From Candidatus Dojkabacteria bacterium (GTDB lineage Bacteria > Patescibacteriota > Dojkabacteria > SC72), in contig JAXGRK010000004.1 in assembly GCA_040765985.1 (NCBI GenBank), positions 5,773 through 69,772 on the forward strand: a DNA stretch of 64,000 nt. The letters are read 5' to 3'. Shown here one piece after another: positions 55,872-64,000 of the stretch. The notes beneath the pieces were generated by a model. That model was not told where the DNA came from, searched no databases, and worked only from the letters and a program-made list of their open reading frames with translations. The position numbers were made by a program, and so were the translations under genes. Every line of letters starts with the position of its first letter. Positions within the stretch are counted from its first letter, which is position 1.

Positions 55872-57285
55872 CTAGAACTTACCCAATACCATTAGTATAC
55901 CGATTAGAAGTAGTAATACACCTGCAACAAGGTGCATATATCTGATATTTTTTCTTTCAATCTTTAACATCTTCTGCTTTTTAGTGCCAATATATACAAG
56001 TATTACAGTTGCAAGCATGGTAAGATAAAGATCACATTGTAAAGGATTAGAGAGGGAAGAGCTTTTATAAATCCATCATTTGCAAGTAGACCTCCTAAGA
56101 TTACATATGGAATAGTACATGGATAAATAGTGTTACAGAGACCTACTACAAAAGCTGCAATAGGTGATGTAACTTTTGGATTAGTTTATTACTTTTGGTC
56201 TTAGAAATAGGGGCATCTCTGTTCCAATTCTTCGGTTTATATGAGAAGAAATCTTTTAATCCAAGCACTCCTAATATTATTGCTGCAATACCAAGTATGA
56301 AATTCATTCCTAGTTTACCATACATAAACTCTCTTATTGAGGTAATCGAATTTACTACTTCAAAGCTTTAATAATTAGAAAACCGTAAAGTATATACATT
56401 ACTAGTACTGCAAGAATAAAGAGAGACCTGCAAGTAAAACTTTTTTCTACTACCAGGATTGTATGTAATTATTGATATTAAAACTAAAGCTAATACTGAC
56501 AATGCACAAGGATTAACGGAATCTGCGAGACCCAAGCTAATTACTCGCCCTAACGTTACTGTTTCTTCATCTTCGATATTTTCATCTTGACTATCTTCCA
56601 CAATATTAACAGCTATATCTTCCCCATTCCATAGAAGTAGCCATCCATTTAATTTGATGGCATGTTCGTATGTTAAATTACCTCCAGGATATTCAACTAA
56701 AGTTTCATTTACTTTTTCACCTTTTAAATCTTGAATTGCTTCAGATACATTATCTGCATATATGAAATTCTTAATTATACTGTTCTGTTCATCAGTGAGT
56801 TTAGTTAAAGACTTTCTAATTGCTACTCGATCTTTTGAGTATATATGGGGATATCTCTCTAAATCAGTTAATCTCAAATCATTAAAAGATTTTTACTGTT
56901 CCATCTGAAAGATATATTGTATTTGATTGTGCTTGGGAAATCATACTATCAATATTATTTATTATTGGAGTATCACCTGCTTCGTGACTATCTTTATTAA
57001 ACATCACTTGTGGTATTCCTAAGCTTAAACCGTATATATCTGCATATGTGTTAAATACTTGTGAATTTGAAATATTTTTATACATTTCATACTCTATTAC
57101 AATAAATCCTCCCTCTTGAACTTTGTATCTGTAGTACTGGTGCTACCTGTGCGCAATGAGGACACCCTATCCCTGTAAATGATATTGCAAATTTTGTATC
57201 TTGATTAGCATTAACGTTGGTTTGTGGGATAAAGAACATTATCAAAAAAATTACTGTTAGTATTTTTACTTAATATCTTTTTCAT
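55872..57285 (-). pseudogene. Thioredoxin-like (CPHC) domain fused to CcdA/DsbD-type thiol-disulfide transporter membrane domain, frameshifted
   Basis: Signal/TM then FAISFTGIGCPHCAQVAPVL; ORFs 56882..57085 and 56368..56877 (..GLADSVNPCALSVLALVL..); further TMs reach the TAG at 55872. Confidence 0.65.
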
Positions 57286-57313
57286 TTGTTCTCAAATGTA
57301 ATATTATATCCCA

Positions 57314-58478
57314 ATGACCAAATTAGAACTTTCTAAAAAACAGATTTCTATTGTTGATTCAGTCATAGATTGGTATATGATGTCTGAACAAAAGTATATC
57401 ACATTAGGTGGTTATGCTGGAACAGGAAAAACTACTATTCTAGGAGATATATCAAAGAGGTTACATAAAGAAAAAAATGCTATTAAAAATTGCTTTCTGT
57501 AGCTATACTGGAAAAGCAAGCAGGGTATTGGAAAGAAAACTTAAAGAAAATAACTCGCTTTTTCCATCCGATTACATTGGTACTATACATAGGTTAATTT
57601 ATAGAGCAATTGTTGATGAAAGAGACAACATTTTGGGATGGGAAAAAATCCCTAATACAGATTTTAAATACTCATTGATAGTAATCGATGAGGCATCTAT
57701 GGTTACAGAGGATATTTGGAATGATTTACTTAGTTTTAATATCCCTATTCTAGCAGTTGGAGACCATGGACAGCTTCCACCAATTAACAGTTCTTTTAAT
57801 TTAATGGCTAAACCAGATTTAAAGTTAGAAGATATATATAGACAGGAGGGTGATAATCCAATAATTAAGATTTCTGAGATTGCTAGAAAGGAAGGTAATA
57901 TACCTTTTGATATTTATGGTAAAAATATTAAAAAGATTCATAAAAACGATGAAGATACACAGGAGATTTTAATTGATATTTTTGAACGTTTTGATTTAAA
58001 TACAATGGTTTTGTGTGGGTACAATACAACTAGAATTAAATTAAATAAAGGGATAAGAGGGCTGCATTTTGATAAAAATACACCTCAAAGGGGAGATAGG
58101 GTAATATGTCTTAAGAATAATAGGAATGAGAGTATATATAACGGGATGACTGGAAATATTTTGAGTATATCTAAAGAGAAATTACATGGTTTTTCTTACT
58201 ATGATACTGAGATAGAACTAGATTATGAAGATTTTACATTTTGGGGAAAAATTTCTATAAATCAGTTTAATTCGTCAACTCTAGTTGATTTAAAGATGAG
58301 AGATGTAAACTATTTCGATTATGGATATGCTCTTACTGTACACAAAGCACAGGGTAGTCAAGCAAAAAGAGTTGTTGTTTTTGAAGAAAGGTTTTCCAAA
58401 ATGGATGATGAAACTTTTGCAAGATGGTTGTATACAGCAGTAACCCGTGCAGAAAAAGAACTTCTCATCGTAGCATAA
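57314..58478 (+). pseudogene. RecD/Pif1-like SF1 DNA helicase, one frameshift near 57480-57500
   Basis: TLGGYAGTGKTT (Walker A), LIVIDEASMV (Walker B), LAVGDHGQLPPI, GYALTVHKAQGSQAKRVVVF. Confidence 0.8.
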
Positions 58479-58483
58479 TATAA

Positions 58484-58503
58484 GGTCTGACCCGGGTCTG
58501 ACC
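58484..58503 (+). terminator. GC-rich hairpin-forming element (possible terminator) just after the helicase stop
   Basis: GGTCTGACCC|GGGTCTGACC. The two halves are both a direct repeat and a near-perfect inverted repeat (core palindrome GACCCGGGTC). Only a weak T-rich tail follows. Confidence 0.35.
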
Positions 58504-58691
58504 CTCTCTTCTTATCTATTTTGCTTTTAACTCGAGCGTTTTTTCTTTTTAGCTTGTAAAAGTCCGTACATTGTACAATCGTTTTTTCTCATCATGTGTT
58601 TGATAAACAGCAGGAGAACAAGATAAAGATCGGGTTGATGGTGACAGAGGTGGGTCTGTCACTAATATGATTCTGGGTATATAATTGAGGT

Positions 58692-59430
58692 ATGATAATA
58701 AATAAAGCAAAAGACGAGAAAATTTTGAGGGAAGCAGCTACTATATCTGTATCAATCCTTAGGCAGCTAGGTGAGGATATAAGAGAGCAAATCACTCCTT
58801 TAGAGATAGATAGAAGAGCTGCTGTTTTATGTCGTGAATATAATGTAAAACCTGCTTTTAAACGTGTAAAAGGATATGATTTTAATACGTGTATCTCTGT
58901 TAATGATGTTGCAGTCCATGGTATTCCTAAGGATGTACCTTTGAAACAAGGAGATTTAATATCAATAGATTTTGGAATTATCTATAAAGGATTATATACA
59001 GATCACTGTTGGACATGGAGTATTGGAAAGCCGAGTAAAGAAAATGAGAGATTAATTAAAGCAGGGAGAGAGGCAGTAGAGAATTGTATTCCTCTTGCTG
59101 TTTCAGGTAATTATACTGGTGATTTAGGATATGAAATGGAGAGAGTTGCTAAAAAAAATGGTTTTAATGTATTAAAAATGTTTATAGGGCATGGTATTGG
59201 AAAGACATTGCATGATTCTCCTGATATCCCTGGTTATGGGAAAAAAAGTTCAGGAACTCTTCTAGTTTACAGTGGTATGGTTATATGTATTGAATGTCAG
59301 GTTGTTGATGATACTGGCAGGAAAAATTTCCATAGATCCAGATGGATGGTCGGCAAAAACCAAACATGGAGGCAACAGTGTAATGTTTGAATATATGGTT
59401 ATTGTTGGGAAGGACAGCCACTATTTTTGA
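58692..59430 (+). pseudogene. map: Methionine aminopeptidase type I, frameshift in the last ~40 codons
   Basis: ORF 58692..59390 reads ..NTCISVNDVAVHGIP..GDLISIDFG..YTDHCWTW..FIGHGIG... The C-terminus DPDGWSAKTKHGGNSVMFEYMVIVGKD is in another frame. Confidence 0.85.
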
Positions 59431-59547
59431 ATACATTAGATTGGAGTACACAATCCTTTAATTTTCTCGTTTTGTTTCCAATGAGAGTTGTAATATATGT
59501 TTTTATGATAAAATATCAAAGTTAATGGTAATTTTAAAATCAAAATT

Positions 59548-60508
59548 ATGTCAAACATGAATAATATATATGATATTGCAATAGTTGGAAGTGGTCCTGC
59601 TGGGCTTTCTGCAAATGTTGCCCATGCACAAGTAGATATAAACTTAAAAATATTGTATTTGGAAAGTTGTTGGGAGGACTCATAACTGAGGCGCATAAAG
59701 TTTGTAATTATCCTGGTTTTATAGATATTTCTGGAATTGATTTGGGAATAAGATTTCTATGAACAGGCAAAACACTGTGGTGGTGAGTATAGGACTGAAT
59801 ATATTACGGATATCAAAAAAGAAAATAATTTGTTTTTTTTAACTAGTGATCCTGGTAATACATATCAATCTAAAAGTGTAATATTAGCATTAGGTACAAA
59901 CAGAAACAAATTAAATCTTAAAAACAAGGACTACTACTTAGGCAAAGGGTTATCTTACTGTGCTACATGTGATGCAATGTTTTATAAAGAAAAAACAGTT
60001 GCTGTAATTGGTGGAAGTAATGCTGCTACTATGGCTGCATCAATGCTTTCAGATATTGCAAAGAAAGTTTATATAATATATAGGGGAACAGAGTTAAGAG
60101 GTGATCAACTTTGGATTGATGAGGTGAAAAACAATGAAACATCGAAATTATATATACAACAATATTAATTGGATTAAGAGGGAGAGAACAAGTGTGAAAA
60201 AGTAAAACTTTCTAGAACATATAACGGGTTGGAATATTTAGATGTTGATGGGAGTATTTGTAGAAATTGGTTCTGAAGCCAATGTTGATTTGGCAAATAA
60301 GCTGGGCTTAGATTTAAATGAGAAAGGATATATTAAAGTGTCAAAAGACCAATCAACAAGTATTGAAGGTGTATGGGCTGCTGGAGACTGTACAGATGCA
60401 TCAAATATGTTTGATCAAGTTGTAACAGCTACTAGCGAAGGAGCAATTGCCGCTAATAGTTTGTATTCATATTTAAAAAGTGGTCAAAAAGCCCCTGATA
60501 CATACTAG
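59548..60508 (+). pseudogene. trxB: Thioredoxin-disulfide reductase, several frameshifts
   Basis: YDIAIVGSGPAGLSA (FAD); GLSYCATCDAMFYKEKTVAVIGGSNAA (CxxC redox centre + NADPH site); GVWAAGDCTD. Confidence 0.85.
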
Positions 60509-61014
60509 CTTGTCCTACTATTTACAAAATCAACCCATTCTTGAAGATAGTTAGAACTTGACCATATTTTTTCTTTGCCAACCCCATATTCAATATGTCC
60601 ACCATATGATTCTATTAAGTCTGCTTCAACTTTTAATCCACTATTTGGATTATTCCTGTCATTATCATTCCTATCTCCCCCTTTACAGAACACATCTGGT
60701 CTAACTACTTCTAAAACTTCAGCACAGTTAGTAGCATTGGGATTTTCATGTATTATCACATAATCTACGCCCTTAATTGCATCAACTATCTCTGCCCTGT
60801 CTTTTGCTGGAATAAAAGGTTTTCCTTTTTTGTTAACGCACCTACTATCTCCATCTACAATTACGATTAATGTGTCTCCAAATTTCTTAGATTCCATTAT
60901 GCAAGACACATGTCCAGGATGTATTGGATCAAAAAATCCTGATGTACAGGCAATTCTCTTGTTTATTAACTCTTTATCTTTTATTCTAGGGAATTGCTCG
61001 AGTGAAATAATCAT
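60505..61014 (-). CDS. Cytidylyl/adenylyltransferase-family protein (RfaE domain II / TagD-like nucleotidyltransferase)
   Basis: Intact 169 aa. SGFFDPIHPGHVSCI (HxGH), LIVIVDGD, VDYVII. The stop overlaps the trxB stop (CTAG). Confidence 0.7.
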   Translation of the reverse strand: MIISLEQFPRIKDKELINKRIACTSGFFDPIHPGHVSCIMESKKFGDTLIVIVDGDSRCVNKKGKPFIPAKDRAEIVDAIKGVDYVIIHENPNATNCAEVLEVVRPDVFCKGGDRNDNDRNNPNSGLKVEADLIESYGGHIEYGVGKEKIWSSSNYLQEWVDFVNSRTS

Positions 61015-61235
61015 AAATATACTGTTAAAACTTATTTAATATTTAATCAATATTCTTAGTATATTACAATATATAACTTATAGGTATGTAAGAGTAATAG
61101 CACAACCTGTAGTAGTAAATATTTAACAAAGATACAGTATATTGTAGCCAATAACTATAAATCAAGATACTACAGGACTTTGACGGACACAAGGGGTTGA
61201 GGTAATCTGGACTACTTAATACAACCTGTTGTTTA

Positions 61236-61679
61236 ATGAAATGTCCATACTGTGGAAGTGCTACATCAAAAGTAGTAGATAAAAGAGATAATACAGACGA
61301 CTTCTCTACCAGAAGGAGAAGACAGTGTTTAAGATGTGGTAGAAGGTTTACAACTTATGAAAGAATTGAAAAAGTTGAAGTGGTTGTAATTAAAAAAGAT
61401 GGCTCTTTTGAACAATTTAATTGTGATAAATTAAGAAAAGGTATTAAGAAAGCTTTAAACACTGATAAAATTACAGAACAAGAATTAGATGAGTTCTGTG
61501 ATACTGTAACCAGAAAGGCAATGACTAATACCAACCCTATTACTACTACTGAGATTGGTAATATGGTTTTAGAGTGGTTAAAAACTTTAGATCCTTTAGC
61601 ATATATGAGATTTGCTTCTGTATATAAAGATTTTGAAACTGTAAACGATTTAAAAAAAGAACTTGAAAATCTAATTTAA
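61236..61679 (+). CDS. nrdR: Transcriptional repressor NrdR (zinc ribbon + ATP-cone)
   Basis: Intact 147 aa. MKCPYCGSATSKVVDKRD...RRRRQCLRCGRRFTTYERIE and an ATP-cone. 11 nt upstream of nrdD. Confidence 0.9.
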   Translation: MKCPYCGSATSKVVDKRDNTDDFSTRRRRQCLRCGRRFTTYERIEKVEVVVIKKDGSFEQFNCDKLRKGIKKALNTDKITEQELDEFCDTVTRKAMTNTNPITTTEIGNMVLEWLKTLDPLAYMRFASVYKDFETVNDLKKELENLI

Positions 61680-61690
61680 TATTTACTGTA

Positions 61691-64000
61691 ATGCCCCGAG
61701 TAAAAAAAGATAAAAATATTTCTTTCAAAGTTAGAAAAAGAGATGGAAGATTGGTTGAATTTGATCAAGAAAGAATTACTACCTCTATTTTTAAAGCGGC
61801 CGAGAGTGTAGGTGGTAATGATAGAGAAAGAGCTAAAAAAGTTTCAGATGAAGTTGTGAAGAGATTAGTAAATAAATATCCTACTGATGAAGAGATTACT
61901 ACTGAGGAGATATTCTCTGAGGTAAAAGAGACTTTAAAAGAGATGGGCCATGGTAAGACCGCTATTGCTTTAGAATTGTTTGTTAATCTAAGGAATAAGG
62001 TTAAAAATATTAAATCTTTAATTGATGCTGAGGAGTTAGTACGAGGATATATTGGTGAAGAGGACTGGAGGGTTAAAGAGAATAGTAATATGGCGTATTC
62101 ATGGCAGGGCTTGAATAATCATATATCTTCTTCTGTTCAAGCAAATTACTGGTTGTATTCTACGTATCCTAAGAAAATATCTAACGCACATATAAATGCA
62201 GATCTTCACATTCACGATTTGGGTATGCTTGCAACATACTGTTGTGGTTGGGATTTAAAGGATTTGCTTTTAAAGGGTTTTACTGGAGTTCCTGGTAAAA
62301 TATCTTCTGCTCCTGCTAAACATTTTGGTGCTGCATTAGGTCAGTGTGTAAACTATCTATATACTCTGCAACATGAGGCAGCTGGTGCTCAGGCGTTTTC
62401 TAGTTTTGATACATTGCTTGCCCCATTTATTGCCTATGATAAGCTTACATATTCTGAAGTAAAACAAAAGATGCAGGAATTTCTTTTTAATATGAATGTT
62501 CCTACAAGAGTCGGATGTCAAACCCCATTCACAAACATTACAATGGATTTGGTACCTAACGGTATGTTAGCAAAAGAAAATGTCATTATTGGTGGTAAAC
62601 CGCAGAAAGAAAAATACTCTGATTTTCAAAAAGAGATGGATATGATTAATCAAGCTTTCTGTGAAGTTATGATGGAGGGTGATGCTCAAGGTCGTCTTTT
62701 TTCCTACCCTATTCCCACCTACAATCTTACGAAAGATTTTGATTGGGATAATCCTAAACATATTCCTTTGTGGGAAATGACCGCTAAATATGGTATCCCA
62801 TATTTTCTAACTTCATTAATTCTGATATGAGTCCTGATGATGCTAGATCCATGTGTCCTTTGGCTGGAGATGAGAAAGTTTTGATTAAATCATCACGAGG
62901 AGGGGCTTAGAGTTCTCTGATATTAGAAATGTTTATGAAGGTCATTCTAAGCAGATAGAGTATGAAATATTTAGTGATGGAAGATTTGTAAGGTAAGTTT
63001 AACAAGTTTGAGAATCAGGAAATGATCAAGTACTCTATCAAATAATCACAGTATTAGAATGTCTAGAAAACATCTTAACTTTTTGTTTTGGAAAACAGTA
63101 ATTCAAATATCAAAGAGTTGATTGGTTCACAACTTACTACAGATATGTATCTTCCTTTACTCCTTAAATGTTTATGAAGGTAAAGGGTAACAAGATTTAG
63201 GATATTTTGTAGGAGCTTATGCAGGTTATGGAAGTTTTGATGAAGAAACTGCTGTTGTATTTTCTCTTTCTTTAGATCAGAAAAAAGATGTTGTTAAAAA
63301 AAACTAATTCATATATCTGAAACATATTTTGGAGCTAATTTTTCAATTAAGGAATACGAAGACAGTAAACTACTTACTTTAAAAATACATTCAAAAGCCG
63401 CTGTAGGTCTATGTAAAGACTATGTAATTGGAAAAAGAGAAGAAAAAGCATATACAGCAGGTTGTATGAAACATCTAAAGAGTTTAGATTAGGAGTTTTT
63501 TGGATGGTCACTACGCTACAGATGGTGGAAATAGGAATAGAATATATACTTCATCTAAAATGGTTAAATCTCTTAATATGTTAGCCGCGACTCTTGGTAC
63601 TACCACATCCATTTATAAGATAGCAGGGATGGACGTTTAGGAAAAGAATACTAACTATGCAGTATTGATATATAAGCTTGGTAGAAAACAGTATGGAGAT
63701 TTTGGTTTAAAAAAGACAATATGTTGTAGGTAAAGATAAAGGATATTAAGAAAATACCAAATAGTTCAGCATACTGTTTTGAAATAAATAATGATAAACC
63801 AATATTTACAGTTGGTAGTACTGGTATTCTAACTCATAACTGTAGACTTAGATTGGATAATAGAGGGTTAAGAAAGAGAGGTGGTGGTCTTTTTGGCGCA
63901 AATCCTCTTACAGGTAGTATTGGTGTTGTCACTATTAATATGCCAAGAATTGGATATTTAGCAAAAGATAAACGGGATTTTTACAAAAGGTTAGATAAAT
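61691..64000 (+). pseudogene. nrdD: Anaerobic ribonucleoside-triphosphate reductase (class III, NrdD), interrupted by an intein; 1-nt shift at ~62808-62811; continues beyond window
   Basis: ATP-cone N-terminus (KVRKRDGRLVEFDQERI). ORF 61691..62830, then after the slip ..NFINSDMSPDDARSM. The C-extein from 63841 reads CRLRLDNRGLRKRGGGLFGANPLTGSIGVVTINMPRIGY. Confidence 0.85.
62854..63840 (+). mobile_element. Intein with LAGLIDADG homing-endonuclease domain inserted in nrdD (many internal frame disruptions as sequenced)
   Basis: Starts CPLAGDEKVLIKS (block A-like) and ends VGSTGILTHN followed by Cys+1. Two LAGLIDADG-like motifs: LGYFVGAYAGYGSFDEE and FLDGHYATDGGNRNRIYTSS. The length of 987 nt is a multiple of 3. 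Confidence 0.8.

Noticed and set aside
58592-58795. A 67-aa minus-strand ORF in the helicase-map intergenic region
   Set aside because: It overlaps the map start on the opposite strand, has low-complexity composition, and shows no start-site context.
61163-61178. A second NrdR box at the expected ~31-bp spacing from the candidate at 61132-61147
   Set aside because: Sequences at both expected positions (centres ~61108 and ~61171) match the consensus poorly. I therefore report only a single low-confidence site.
1-64000. UGA reassignment (genetic code 25 or 4), suggested by the CPR-like gene content, the fragmented ORFs and the dominance of TAA/TAG stops
   Set aside because: I found no adjacent same-frame ORF pieces separated by TGA. 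Every break I examined was a frame change or an out-of-frame island. Long intact ORFs (592, 591, 533, 507 aa) contain no TGA. TGA also works as a real stop for the OFOR alpha subunit (ATGA overlap at 51766-51769). The apparent TGA at 20637 in iscU is resolved by a frameshift, not by reading Gly or Trp.
1-64000. CRISPR arrays, rRNA genes, IS elements
   Set aside because: By eye I saw no regularly spaced direct repeats, rRNA-like conserved segments, or transposase/integrase motifs on either strand. The only tandem repeats are coding (32231-32355) or very short.

Overview
AT-rich (roughly 30% GC by eye), gene-dense bacterial chromosomal segment. The gene set looks like a small-genome, fermentative, CPR/Patescibacteria-like bacterium; that lineage call is an inference from gene content only. 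Recognisable content: a cell-wall/division cluster (murA-murB-murG-ftsW), pyk, secG, def, iscS-iscU-mnmA, a 2-oxoacid:ferredoxin oxidoreductase pair followed by ADP-forming acetyl-CoA synthetase, obg, map, trxB, nrdR-nrdD, four tRNAs (Leu-UAA, Cys-GCA, Leu-CAG, His-GUG), and many secreted or membrane-anchored proteins. I found no rRNA, CRISPR array, transposase, integrase or reverse transcriptase. Stand-out items: (1) an intact heliorhodopsin gene 7 nt upstream of an intact uncharacterised 168-aa gene; (2) a 987-nt LAGLIDADG intein inserted immediately before the CRLRLD Cys motif of nrdD; (3) a Tat-signal fusion of a papain-like (C39-like) peptidase domain with a class-A beta-lactamase-fold domain; (4) a 420-bp gene-free gap carrying a promoter-like element, stacked hairpins and an intrinsic terminator (candidate small RNA or leader). 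A dominant property of the window is that well over half of the recognisable genes cannot be translated end to end. They are broken by 1-nt indels, often in homopolymers and sometimes in compensating pairs that create apparent in-frame stops. The damage comes in multi-kb blocks whose borders fall inside genes; the worst is 39.4-49.2 kb. That pattern favours uneven consensus or polishing quality over biological pseudogenisation, but the sequence alone cannot decide. In the feature list, 'pseudogene' means only 'not translatable end to end as sequenced'. All reconstructions across frameshifts are my own hand translations, so disrupted-gene ends are approximate.
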